Below, in pieces: positions 38,680 to 51,766 of a stretch of DNA of 64,000 nt. The notes below the pieces were generated by a model, which was not told where the DNA came from, made no database searches, and worked only from the letters and a program-made list of their open reading frames with translations. The position numbers and the translations under genes are program-made. Positions within the stretch are counted from its first letter, which is position 1. Each line of letters begins with the position of its first letter. Origin of the DNA: Camelus ferus. Lineage: Eukaryota. The stretch is taken from assembly GCF_009834535.1 (NCBI RefSeq), contig NC_045707.1, positions 52,020,001-52,084,000 of the forward strand. The letters are read 5' to 3'.

Positions 38680-39700
38680 CCATTCTTTCAACAATATTTA
38701 TAGGTCCCCTACAATGTGTCAGTCTTCAACATAGTAGGTACTCAGTCAAATTCTCTGCCTTTATGAAGTCTATGTTTAGGAAGGGAGATGGTTAAAAAAG
38801 AGAAGAAAATATATAACTTCAGAGTCAGTGAATAGAAAGAGACAGCAAGAGCTAGCAAGAAGAAAGAACTATCTGGATCAGCGACATTTTATCAAAGCCC
38901 TGAATGAGGTGAGGATATTCTACACAAAAGGAACATAAATTTCAAAGGCCCAAAGAAGGAATGATCTTGTCATATTTCAAGAACCATGACAAGGCCATAA
39001 AGTTCAGCCTTGTAGGTCAAAGTTGAGTGTTTAGAATTTATACTAAGTACTTTAAGAAGCAATTGGAGAATTTTGAAGTGACATGATATGATTGTTTTAT
39101 GTTGGAAAAGATCGTGCTGGTTTTAGTGCTTAGAAAAGCCTTAAGGGAAGTGAAAGAAAAACCAGGGGGGTTGGGGGGTTTGGGGGTTTGCTGGATTGGG
39201 TAGATTGATGAATGATGCCACCAGAACCAGGTAATGGTGATAGAAGTGATGCCCAGTAGGCTCGATGAGCCATTGCATGTGGGCGTGGGGTAAGTAAACT
39301 GAGGAATAAAGCCTGAGCCTGATGCTTTTGGCCACACATTTGTGAGGATGGTGGTACCAGGTACTGAAATGGATAAACTAAAGACAAGAATAGATGGTTT
39401 ATTTTGCTTTATTCCTCCTTCTGCGTGGGGTGGAAATCAAGGGTTCTGTTTTGGGTATTTGAGATTCTCATCAGATCTCTAAACAAAACAATCAAGTTGG
39501 CTGAAGTATAAGCAGACGTGAAACTCAGGGTGAGTTTAGAACTGTTGATGTAAATTTGAGAGTCATCTGCATGCATTTAGTACTTAAAGCCATGGGACAG
39601 GATGCTGTTTCTGAGGAGGAGGAGTAAAGGAAAAAGAAAAACTTTTAAAAGTTGAACACTGGAGAATTTCACTGTCTAGACGTTAGGGAGGGGAGGACCA
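38680..39700 (-). mobile_element. L2 LINE (3' ~1 kb)
   Basis: cattctttcaacaatatttat.ggtccctacaatgtgtcag, gtgacatgatatgatt, aaagatcgtgctgg, atgtaaatttgagagtcatctgcat...ttaaagccatggga. Confidence 0.75.
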
Positions 39701-39930
39701 ACAGTCTTATGTTTAATAGTTCTAATCATTTACTTTCTAAAGCATAAAGAGGGGTTTATTGAAAGTTAACATGGATAAATTAATAACTGCATTGGTATTG
39801 TACCTATCCTATTTAGTATTTCTATTTTTGATCAGTATGCACATCAGCTATTTAACAACAAAAAATTAAGTTTATATGAAACCCATTAACTTGTACCATG
39901 GTATATTTATAGAAGATTCAGAATACTTCA

Positions 39931-40058
39931 GAGAGAGGGGGTAGCTCAGTTGTAGAATGCCTACCTAGCATGCACAAGGTCCTGGGCTCAATCCCTAGTG
40001 TCTCCACTAAAAAAAAAAGAGTAAATAAATAAATCTAATTGCCTCCTCCCCTAAAAAA
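39931..40058 (+). mobile_element. tRNA(Ala)-derived SINE, camelid vic-1 type
   Basis: tRNA-like head with A-box (tagctcagttgtag) and B-box-like gggctcaatccc, then an A-rich/TAAA tract, ctaattgcctcctcccc and an A tail. TSD AATACTTCA at 39922-39930 and 40059-40067. Confidence 0.9.
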
Positions 40059-40659
40059 AATACTTCAAGAACTCTTATTCTTTTATCTTGAATACTGAGG
40101 GAAAAAGTATAAAATTTTCAATATTTCTTAGTAAATTCTCTATAAACAAAAAATAGTCAAGTATTCAGAAAGTTGCTCCAGGTTTCCAAAGGCTTATATT
40201 ATTAATGATTTTAAAAACTGTTATTCTGAATGGCATGGAATTAGAAGAATTTGATATCATCCCTGACTCCTTAACTAAACAGAAGAGTAAGTCTAACCAG
40301 TATATTTTTGATTAGCCATTGTGTACAAAGCTCTATAGCTATTGATTAGGATTTTACAAAGAAAATTTAAAGATGCAGTTAGTATGAATTCCCAAGGTGG
40401 GAATTTTCAATCCAGTGACCGGTGAGAGATTGGTGACAGAACAGGAGGTATGACTGAAATTTCTGCAGCTGGAAATAGGTGGGGTTAATTACTATGAAAG
40501 ACTGACAGAAACAGAAAGTAACTGTTTTTATTTAATTCAAGAAGGCTATTATGAGTGACCACATAGTTTCTCAAATAAGAAATTATGTAATTAAGTCTTG
40601 GTTGAAAAACCTGTAATTAAGTGCATGTAGAACATTTTTTTTAAGAAAGAAAAGCACTT

Positions 40660-41900
40660 CCTCACATTATTTTTATCCCTCTGCTTTCTGCAGTCTGGCT
40701 GCTAGCCTCTGCCATGTCACTGTGAACAGTCCCTTCATTGTTCTACAGGATGACATTTCTGACCACACACAATCTGGAAACATTATCCTATTGGAGATGA
40801 CCTATCATTAGTCTCCCCTTGGTTTTTCTCTCATCTTTCTAGTTATTTCTTCTCCACTTCCTTACAGAGCCCTACTCCTTCACCAGCCTATTAAATATTT
40901 ATGCTTTTAAGAGTTCTGTTCTTTAATCTCAACCTCTGTGTTCACTTTGCAAAACTGTAGTTTCAAGTATCCTGTAGACTTGTTTCTCCATGTTTATATG
41001 CTCTCTTTCTCTCTTGGGTTCGAGTCCTTTATATATTCATATGGAATGTGTTTAGTTGACTGTCTCATGGTCAACCCTGACAAATTGAAATGGAAGTTAC
41101 TTTTTTAATCTTCCTAACTTTTACTTCCATACTCCATGCCTCAGTAATTATAATTGGTAAGCCCATCTACATAGATTCTCCAAAAAGATAAATGATCATT
41201 GATTAGTTATCATTAGTACAATGACTTCTAAACTATCAATCTCCAACCACAATATATCATTCTTTCCTTAAAATTCATAAATGGTAATGTTGCTAAATAA
41301 TAATCATGTTATAATATTTTAGTTATGAATGTGAAATGTAGTTACTTATGTGTTTGGTTTGCACATTGAGATCCTTCAAATGTCTTCCTATTGTGATTAT
41401 AATAAAACTGTAACATCTTTGGCAGGAAATTTAAGTTCCTCCATAAACTAGGTCTAAGCTGATTATCTAAGACTCAGTTTTCTATGCTTTCTTCTATTTT
41501 TTTTTTCTACCCAACACTCATATTGAACTGCATACTTGAAATCCCAAAGTAATCTACACTGTTAAAGCTTTTTAACATGGCATATGTTTTTCTCCTGATG
41601 GAGAGTGCCTTTCCTCTGACCTTTTCCTTCTTTACCTAGATGAGTTTTTCAAGATTAGGCTTAACCATAATTTCCTCTAGGAATCTTTATCCAACCTCCT
41701 CCCCAAGTTGGCTTAGCTTCACTCAATCTGCACTGTTACAGGAATCTACAATATCTCTAGCACATGGATTACAACTGTCTGTTCATTTATTAGTTTTTTC
41801 CGCATTCACTTATGACCTCCATTGCAATAGAGGTTTTTCGTTTTGTTCTGTTTTCCTGTCTCTGTGAATATCAAACATATAGCAATAGAAACAAAAAGCT
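40660..41900 (+). mobile_element. L2 LINE fragments
   Basis: Pyrimidine-rich; cagtctggct..tagcc, ctgaccacac, ggtttttctctcatctttctag, aatttcctctaggaa. Confidence 0.5.
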
Positions 41901-42377
41901 GCAGAAGGAAGGATAGAACCAAAGCTAATTTTCACAATAACCTGTTGCAATATTTAAGATGTACAATTATATATATATAAGGACACTTTCAAAATGTCAG
42001 GTTGCTACATTCATTATTCAGGTTTTTGCAACCTAATCTTAAGAATTTAGCTGGAGAAATGTAGAGAGGAATTAAGAAAAATTAGAGAGGAAATATTGAG
42101 TAGATTTGATGAAAATAAGAAGCCTTTACCTAATTATAAGGAACTGTATACCAGCTTCAAATAATGAAATGAGGAAGAATGTATAGATATTATATATATA
42201 TGTATAATATATATATTCAACTGAGCTAAAAACTGAATAGAGTATAGGGTGTAGGTCTTCATGAAGAGATTTATTGATTCTTTTAATTGTGAAAACAATC
42301 TATTTCAGATTAAAGATACTTTAAACATGTTCTAATACTATCACAAATCTGCCTGAAAAATAAAACGCAGCACTTTA

Positions 42378-42522
42378 GGGAGTGCTTTGAAAACACCAGT
42401 GGTGAAGCTCCCACAGTTAAACCAGAATTTCCTGCAGTGGAACCTGAGCACCAGTATTTGCTTAAAGAAAAAAAAAGTCCCCAAGTGTTTCCAAATATGC
42501 AGCCAAGATTGAGAACCCTGGG
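42378..42522. mobile_element. hAT-Charlie MER5-like fragment
   Basis: ggagtgctttgaaaacac...ccagaattt.ctg..gtggaacctgagcacc.gtattt...ccccaagtg.ttc.aatatgcagccaagattgagaacc. Confidence 0.72.
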
Positions 42523-44119
42523 CCTGGTATAGCAACCTGATTTTGCAGTTAAGAAAGCTGAGAATCTTTACATATAATCTTTAAAAGCCTTGGTCCTCTG
42601 GTTCCCTGACCCAGAGTCATTGAGAGGAATTGGAGCAGAAGGCTGTTAGAGGCAGGCAGAATGATGGCAGACTGTGACAGCTGACAGCTTGACAGGCGAG
42701 GCATCACCGCAGGGTATGGTAATGGATGTTCAAGATGGAGGCTGTGCATGATCATGATAAGAGCAAATTCCCTTCAGTGGCCTCTTTTTAAGAATACAGG
42801 GAAGTGTTAATAGTCTTCCAGAAGATTTCTATCAAAAAATGATTAAACTAAATGTCTCCTTGGGACCCAAAAGTCAATTTCCACTTTTGGAAAATTCAGT
42901 ACGTGCATTCCCCAATCATGTCAGACATCGGCATCATTGGACTATGCTATAGAGTGATTTAACACAGTTCGCCTCTTGTGTGGTAGGAAGAGACTTGGGT
43001 AGCATTCAAGATGTTCAGAGTCTGTGGTCTGTGTTGGTAGCACAGTCTTAAAGCCACAGCATGGGCTTTGTTTTAAATTCTTTTAAATCTTTTAAGTTCT
43101 CTCACTTAAGAACAGAAAAAGTAACAGATACCTAATAGGTTATAAAAAAAAGATAAAATGAGGTTAAGTGTATTTTGTGTAAATAGTTGTATCTATTCCT
43201 GTTCTTGAAAAAGGATGTAAGGAAGCTGAAGAAAAGAATGTAAGAATGTGCATTCATATACATACACATACACATATATATTTGCATTATAGATAATCTA
43301 TCTGGATTTTAGACTGTGTCTTGTTTTTGTGGTTGTTTAGTTGTTTGTATCTCAAAAATTGGGTTTGTATGATGCTAAACTTATAAGCATTTATTTCAGA
43401 ATTTATGGTCATAAAAATAAGGTAATAGAATGTTTTATACCTTAGTGGCAATAGTGTCAGTTTAATTTGAAAGCTACAACCAAATTATTGAAATACCTTA
43501 CTATAAGACTAATTCATAGGTATGGGAGTTAGGGAACAGATGCTTGTATCCTTAACCTCGCAGTGAATTTCCAGGTAGAATGAATACAGATATCATGTTA
43601 TAATTAGAAATGCTCATATATGCTCGTATGTTCAGTTAGAATACTGAGTCATTTAAATAAGAGGGAAGGGTAACCTGTCAATGGAGGAACATTGTCCTAA
43701 TCCTTTCAGGCAAAATTTTCAGTATAATTAAAGGTAATTGACAACGTTCTTTTTTGCTCAAATCCATATATTTGAAATACCCATTTAAGTATAAATTTAG
43801 TGTGAGATGTGACTTTCATCTCTTCTTGTGCCCTCTAAAGATTAAATATTCTTTTACATTTTTTTAAAGTTCTATTTTTCAGACTGAAACAAAAAATATG
43901 ACTAGGAAGTTACTGTTATAGTGAAAGTTGACCAAGATGTGTTTAAGTTTATTTAAAGGAAGTTTCTCTGGATTACCTAATGTATCATGCCAACCAAAAC
44001 TATGTGAGTTTTTGTGTATGTGTGTATGGTGTATTGTTTGCTTACTCAAAAGGAGTTTCTGAGAATGCGGAAATGAGACATGAGAGGGGGCTTCCGATGA
44101 TAACAAACTAAACAACTTT

Positions 44120-44340
44120 ATAAGGCTTGTTTTCTGTCAGTCCCTACGCTAAGTATTTTACAAAGGTTAACTCAAAACAACCCTATGGAATATCTCCTTC
44201 TTGTAGATGAATAAACCGAGGCAAATTTTATTAAAATAACCTGTTTAAAGTTGTACAGTAATTAGTGACAGAACTCTGGTTTGGGTCCAGGCATTGTGTT
44301 TCTATAAATCATCCCCTTAACCACTGTACACACTACCTTA
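44120..44340 (-). mobile_element. MIR SINE
   Basis: ctcaaaacaaccctatg...gtagatgaataaaccgaggca...ttaaccactgtacacactacct. Confidence 0.7.
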
Positions 44341-44856
44341 AAAATGTACATGTTCTCTTTAAAATCAGATATGCTATTTTTATCTTGGCACTAAAGCCTG
44401 AAATTCAAGTAACTACCATATAAGGTACACATTTTTCCATGTATTTAGAAATACATTAGATCTATATGTACTTCACAGAAAAAAAAATCATAGCTTTTTA
44501 TTTTTTATAATTTTGATTTTTATGATTTTTTTTATTATGATGATATATGATTTAAAAATATACATTAAGTCTCTAAAATAGTTTTATAGTAGTAATTGGA
44601 GCAAGATACAAAGGAATAGAAATTGTCCTAGGTACAATCTGCCCAATCTGTTTAAAGTCTTTTATTTGTCACTAAGTCAAGTCATGGGCTCTTGAGTCAG
44701 AACAAACTGAATAAGACAACTTCAAGTTGCTGATGCTATTGATTCTGGGAAAAGAATTTCAGAGTAGAAAACTCCTGCATAAACAGTGCAGATTTTGCAT
44801 ATTCTCAGCATCCAGCATGCTCACCTATCACGTAGGTTTTACTTCTCTTGTTTAAT

Positions 44857-45163
44857 AGCCAGCAAACTACAGCCCATAGGTCAAAGCTGGCCCGTGTCTG
44901 TTTTTGGGCATTCTGAGAACTAAGGAAATTTTTACATGATTTTAAGTGGTCGAAAAAAATTTTTTTAAATATCTTGTATCATGTGAATATTCAAATTTGA
45001 GCATCTATAAATAAAGTTTTCCTGGAACATAGCATATTCGTTATGTTTATGGATTGCATTCCCCCTGCAACGATAGATTTGAGTAGCAGTAACAGAAACT
45101 GAATGGCCTGCAAAGCCTGAAATATTTATTATCTGAACCTTTATGGAAAATATCTGACACCTG
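44857..45163. mobile_element. hAT-Charlie MER58B-like DNA transposon
   Basis: cagcaaactacagcccataggtcaaa.ctggcc...ctataaataaagtttt..tggaacatagc...atggcctgcaaagcctgaaatatttattatctg..cctttatggaaaa...tgacacctg. Confidence 0.85.
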
Positions 45164-48137
45164 CTTTTGACATTGAAATCTTCTTTCCTTAGGTTAAGCC
45201 ATGATCTGGTTTGCTTGATTATTCAGAAAAGGGGGGAAAAAAAGAGATGGATTCTAGTGATTTTCAGGATTTTTCAGTCTAAGTCTTTGCATTTCTGACC
45301 ATTTGTCCTACTGAATCAAAATTAAAGCCTGAAGGTTTTACACAGTGGCCTGAATTTTCCCTTGATTACTCTGTTGACTCTGCAAATCTAGCGTGTGTCT
45401 GCTACATGACAGGTGTGTTCCAGTCTGCCCTCCTCTTACTACAAGCCTTTCCTCTGACTTCACAGTGATTCTGCTCTTAATTCTTATACCCAATTTTACT
45501 TTGTTCATACATTCATTTCCCTCTTAAGATTTTACTTTGTATTTTGCAATAGAATCCCCACTGGGTGCATTTTATAGACTGTACTTAAATGGCTTGATCT
45601 CTTTTGTGCTATGGAAATTTAATAAAATACAACTAATAGACATCAAGCAGTGGCCTAGATCAATTTCCATATGTTTCATGCTCAAAATGCTTCCCAAATG
45701 CATATAATACATATCCTTTTACCACTAGGTAACCAATCATTAAGCACAAGCTACTGTTAATTCTGAGGAACAGCTGTGTCTGGTAGGAGAAATGCTGGAC
45801 TTAGCTCTCTAAAAGTGAATTTGGATGGAGATAGTGTATTTTAAGAGCTTTTAAAATTATTTTTTACTCATGATCTGGTTAATGTTTAGTAGATTGATAA
45901 ATGTTTAAATGCTTACCAAATGTCAGTTTGAGGAGAAACCTGCTGCTTCATTGCTTGGGGATATCTGATTCAAAGTGTGTCACTAAGACTGGTCAGTGTG
46001 CTAAACTCATGGCGGCACAGAGAAAATACTTGAAACATTTTCCTCAGAGGTATCCTTAGAGAATAAAGCTGTCTTCATATTTCTAATTACCAAAACACTT
46101 GAGGAGAAACAAAGGTATTCCTTGTTATGATGCTTGTTGCTTTTCATAAAATAGTAATTTTGTTTGTGAATCATGTCAGAGAAGATGAGAAACTCTGTGG
46201 AAAATGAAGATTAATAAAGTAATCATTCTCAGAAAACGTAGATCCTATTTTTCTGCAATTTTGCTTTTGAAAAAGAGCAAGGAATGAAATGCCAGAAGAT
46301 GTTAAGGAAAAAGTAGTGTGGAAAAATAGAATGCTTTGTAAATGTGGCATGACATATCAATAATGTTTTAAGGCTGAATGGATTACTGGCTTGCTTTAGA
46401 ACAGGATTTATGTGGTGGAACATTTGAGGATTTAACAAAGGTCTATCCTAGTTGTGAGGCTTTTTGAAGATAAATACTATTATATCACATTTAAGTGTGT
46501 TATTTTAATTTAAATGACACTGCTGATCTTTGAGCTGTAAAGAGGAATTAAGCTAATGGTGCCAGAGTGCAGGTCTTTAGTAGAATAGCTAAAAATTGGA
46601 GGTTTGTAACTGGCTGTGATCTAATGGTCTGCTTCAGAGGCCTTCTTCGATGTGCAGTACCTTTGTGACATTGTCAGCAAAAACAGAAGCACAATGTGAG
46701 GAAGAAAGTCTGATTTTTTTTTTTCCCTAATGCTTGAATCCAAAATTGGTTCAAGCTTGTCTGAGGAGCCAATTTTGATTGTCAGTTTTCCAGTTTCACT
46801 GGTCAAGTAAAAAAAGAAGGCAACCTTGTCTAATATGCCTTTAAAAATGTACTTTTTTGTTGAATGGGAGGACTGCAGAAGACTAGAGGAAATACATATA
46901 GACATAAAGAATTATTGCTCTTTTTGAACTACTTCCTTTTGGAACTACTTCCAATAGTTTTTTTTTAAAACAAAGATGTAAGCATACCTAAAGTCAACCT
47001 CAGGCAATATAATGAACAATCCTAAGTTTTGCCTGGGGAAAATCAGTTCCTTGAACATCACTCTTTTTGACAGTCTCTTATCCTTTCCCCACCATGATTC
47101 CAAGCAGAAAAATAAAACTTGTATAAAATTTCTAACAGTCACTTCTCTGTAATGGGTTTCAAGTTGTCTCACCTTTTCCCCAGAGTTAGGCAGAAGGAAA
47201 TTGTTGCAGAACAGAGAACTGCTTTTCAAATTCGTTAAAAATTGGTCACGTCACCTGAGGTGGCCTCCCATTGACTACTGGTTCCATAGCCAACCACTAC
47301 CTGTGCCGGAGGCTGATCTCAGTCCCTAAGTTTGCTACTAGACTCTTGATTAAAATACTGTCTTCTTGAAGACAGTATATCTAGTTTTAGAAAAGTAAAG
47401 GGCAACACAGACTGATAGAGCAAGGGAACTAGATTATGGCTCTGTTTGACCACAGGCAGTTTACATCACATTAATGATCATCAAGCATAAAACGAAAGAT
47501 AATAATATACAAAATGGACATAATAAATGTGATGTTAGGACACTAATTGAATGGCCAAGAACATTTGAATAGTAAGTGTCTGATTTTATCTGAAACATTA
47601 ATTTATATAAATGTTACCAGTAAGTTAATTAAAATGTTAATGCAAAAATTGGGGACTTTTTTTTCTACAGGTATGTATTTTATGGGATTCCTTAAACTTT
47701 ATAAAGTTTTTAATATTATAAATGATAATAAATTCAATGTTCTATAGGTTAATAACTTGTCCAGTGATTAGGTGCTTTTTTTGTTCTTTTAACCTTTTCC
47801 TCTTTCAGGCAGTAATCAATGTCTGGGGAAAAAAAAAAAAAAATCAATGTAGCACTCTTAACTAAAAGATTCTAAATGAATCTGAAAATTCCCAGAGTAC
47901 TTATGTGGATTTGCTTAAGAAGTGACTGTTTCATGGCAGATAAACTAAAATCATAAACTGTTGAGATAAAGGATAATATATATTAGCTTGTAAAAGGAAT
48001 TGCCATTCTTTTAAATTTCATTCTATTCTGCTCCAAATCTCATACAAATAAAATAATAAACTGTTTCCTGACAAAATGCTTTTTCACGAATATTGAACTT
48101 TTAAGTAAATTATTTCTTTGGAGCTTTCAAATTTGAA

Positions 48138-48300
48138 TGAAAAAGAAAAAAAGACAGAACTCAGAAAAGAGGAAGGAGGTAAAAGAGAGGAGAGTAAGGG
48201 CGAAAGAAGAAAGGAAAGTGAGAGATTGAGAGAGGGAGAGAGAGATAGGAAAGAAAAGGAGGAAGGATGCATGGAGAGAGGAAATAAAAAGGAAAACAAA
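48138..48300 (+). repeat. GA-rich low-complexity purine tract
   Basis: Almost only A/G for ~160 bp. It explains the spurious E/K/R-rich and F/L/S-rich ORFs here. Confidence 0.9.
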
Positions 48301-49409
48301 GGCATTGTCTGCAGAGGCTACTCCTGGGTAGCTGTGTAGAAGTAGGTTCTTTGAAGCACAAAGGATATTGACTGTGCAACGCCAGATGATAAGCCATGTT
48401 CTTTAGGATTCCAGCAGTTTTGTTATTGTTTGTTTCTTACACTGACTAAATAAATACATTTCCAAATGCTTGAATGCCAAGTCTCAGAAGGTAGTAAAAT
48501 AGAACTGACTAATGACAGCTGGGAGAAACAAAGCCTGATTAGAAGAAATACAGAAATTCAAACAACCAACCCCTCCAAATAATTCGAACTTCATTTTTGG
48601 CAGAAACCCAAGAATTCTCAGCCCAAAAGCATAGATTCTTTGAAACAGCAAATTCAGTGGCTTACTTTTTAAACTGGCCACAAGGTTTTGAAAAGCCAAG
48701 AGCCTTGTTTTCTCATTTCAGAAGCAGCACTTTGAAATAACTATCCTGTGCGTGGGGGAGGGGGGGCTTTTAGGTAGTTATTTCTTAAAGCCCCATTTTA
48801 CACTTTTCCTACCTGTATCATCCCATTTTTGTTCTTGATTTTCCATTGGTCATCATTATAGACAAGAATGGTGTATTAAAAGCCATAGTTAAGGGTCTAG
48901 ATGGAAAAATCAATAGGACACATTTTCCAAGTAAAAATCAATAATACTTAAAACAACTTTTCTTACTTTAAAGGCCAATCCTGTTGTGCTAAATAGCTAA
49001 GTTCCACTTGTGCCGTGACCTTGTTCTGTCTGACTTACCATGTCCCTTTATGTTTATATGAATGGTCATCTGACCGATTAATTGTGACAGTACTAGCTAC
49101 TAAATAAGAATACACTAATGTGAAAGATGCTTGGATAAATGGAGTAGTCAGCACAGAAATTATTTTAACTGCAATGATCAGGTATGTGTTTTATTACACA
49201 ATGACTACAGCTTAATCCGAAAGTAGTCACTGGAATTTCTCGAAACAGCAGTGCTCATTTTTGACACCAATTAGTGAAGTTAATTGTCTTGCTTGTGGCC
49301 TTTCAAAACCTTGCTCGTGATCAAATTGGCTTATGATAGAAGATTAATGCTGGTTAGAGCAGTGCTAAGTCAGTAGATGTAAGTATGACAACAAAAATAA
49401 GAGATACTA

Positions 49410-49625
49410 TTCACTCTCTGTCACACACTGCGTTGGGTGTTTCATATGAATTATTTTTCATCTTCAAAATAGCCCTACAAGATGCAGTCTATCCTCATTT
49501 ATACAGTAAAAACCTATGGGATCTGATATATTAGGGGGTAAAACTCATAAACAGTAAGGAGCAGCATTAAGATTCAAACCCACAGGTTTATAATACCAAA
49601 ATATTTTGTTTTACTCTATGCTGTA
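49410..49625 (-). mobile_element. MIR SINE
   Basis: tcatcttcaaaatagccctacaag...tatcctcatttatacag...gattcaaaccca. Confidence 0.6.
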
Positions 49626-51119
49626 AATACTCCTGTGACCTATTAAATCATGGCAGAAGCATGAACCAAGGATTGAAATAGCACAGAAGTAAACTACTCT
49701 GCTTATCATTTTCATAGGGAAATTATTCTTCAAGTACATTCATTCCATGGAATGTAAATAATACACAAATAGGAATTTTCTACTATGTCAAGATTACTTG
49801 ACAGATTTTCTTTTTTTCATTAGTTATGTTTTACTTTTCTTTTCCACCAATATAATTCTATGATTATGAGTAATATACACAACGACTTATGGTATACATG
49901 AGTAAATCTCCTGTGTCTCTGATTTTATGAGGCTGTTCAGATTTCTGAAAGCACTGAATTTACCAATGGTCTGGGTCTTAGTAGGTCGCTAGGGGTCTTC
50001 AGGTCTCTCTGACTTGAAATGAAGGCTGGAGCTGAAGGAACATCATATGTCTGCAGGTCATTTTTCAAGGTGATTAGACCAGGTTATTCTAGGGTGCTGG
50101 ACTGTACACCAGAAATCAGACATTAGTTAGAGTTCAGATCCCCGCACTACTTATGTATGATTTTGTTATTTCTAACCTGTCAACCTCCGATTCAAACATA
50201 CTTCATTAACTCACCTTGGACTGCCCTCTGTATCTTTAGTATTTATATTCATCAACTAGCATTTGTTTCCCTTTTTCAAAGTAAATTTTGTATTTTCCTA
50301 ACTTTAAAGGCATATAGTCTCATATGTCTTTATAATTTATAATTATTTGATTAGTAATTTCATACGTTCATACTAATATTTTGCTGATTAGTTTAACATT
50401 TTTCATTTCTTTCGCATCTCTTATGTTATCCTTATGTTAAATCTCATTGCCTTAACTTAGATGAGTATGTATTTATTTTTAATTTTGTTTAAAATTGTTT
50501 AAAATCAATTCTTAGTATTTTCTTGTATTTTACTCTTAAAAAGTTAGTTTTAATTTTATCTATTTTTTCTTATTAATTTTCATTTGGTATTTCTTTTTTT
50601 CCTCTCTTCTTATTTTTCTTCACTGTACAATTTTTGCTTTTATAATTACTGACAGTGATGGTAATACAGAAAGACCCCAAATCATTAAGGGTTAGAAAGT
50701 AGGACATCCTGCCCATAAGGCTTTTCGACAACACTATTGACTTCCCCGTGGGATCTTCTAACTCATTTAAGAGTGGTTCCCCAAGAAACCTCACCCTCGG
50801 AAAGCTAGTTAATTCTACCCAGGACTGTAAATCACCATGCAGGTGTCACACTTGATTTATTAGGATGGTGTTGCTTCCTGATAGCTCACATCATACAGTC
50901 ATTGTATGAGAAATCTTTTTGAAAGTCTATTGTGTACCATGTGGATAACTATTGGATTTAGGTGCTAGAGCCCATGTGTTATAGTTTACCATAATTCAGA
51001 AAAAGAAGGTATAAAAATATATGGAATTTCCCACTGAGGATAAACTCTCCGTGTGCAACATAGACCTGAATTTGTGAAGAGAATACTTAGTACTAAACAT
51101 CCTGACAGAAGACAAATGA

Positions 51120-51760
51120 ACAAAAGGGCATTAAGTGCTAGTGTTCTCCAGGACGCCTATCTCTAGCAGCCTTTTCTTTTCACTCTTGATGGTTATAATC
51201 CAATTCCTGCTATATTATCTAGCAACTCTCTGCTGATACCCATATCAAGTATATAATTGTTTTTTATATCTTTTGTGTGTGTGTGTATATATATATATAC
51301 ACATATATATATATATTTATTGAAGTATAGTCAGTTTACAATGTTGTGTCAATTTCTGGTGTTCAGCACGATACTTCAGTTATAGAAAGTACAAAATCTA
51401 TATCCCATTTTGTATCTCTCTCCTGAGCTTCAGATCTTTGTGTTCAATTACCAAGAGGACATTTCCACCTAGGTTTTTAACACATATCTTTAATTCAGTG
51501 TGTCTACAATTTTATGTACTGACTTTCTTCCCCACTGATCTTCCTGATAAATCTCTAAGGATCATTTCTTCTTGAATTCCATATCTCAAGGAATCAATCA
51601 TCCATGGTGGAATTGGAGGATTCCTTACTCCCTCCCCTGCTTCATTTCCACATCCAATCTATTGTCAAATCCTGTTAAATCTACTTTGTTAATGGCTCTA
51701 CAACTGTCAAAGTATTAGACCCCTTTTTCCATTCTCTTAGAATAATCACCAAAGTCTCTT
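51120..51760 (+). mobile_element. L2 LINE fragments
   Basis: tctctctcctgagcttcagatc, ggacatttccacctagg, cccacatccaatctattgtcaaatcctgt. Confidence 0.6.
51316..51384 (-). mobile_element. Extreme 3' end of young LINE-1 with tail converted to a (TG)/(TA) microsatellite
   Basis: tttattgaagtatagtcagtttacaatgttgtgtcaatttctggtgttcagcacgatacttcagt is near-identical to 20630-20696. Adjacent microsatellite at 51274-51315. Confidence 0.9.
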
Positions 51761-51766
51761 ACCTGG

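Noticed and set aside
39931..40010. tRNA-Ala gene
   Set aside because: Degenerate stems and B-box, a SINE tail and a TSD show it is a SINE.
48084..48397. Charged E/K/R-rich and hydrophobic ORFs
   Set aside because: Artefacts of the GA-rich low-complexity tract, which lacks stop codons.
50573..50794. 73-aa minus-strand ORF with protein-like composition
   Set aside because: No recognised homology, no supporting splice structure, and its C-terminus runs into T-rich repeat sequence.
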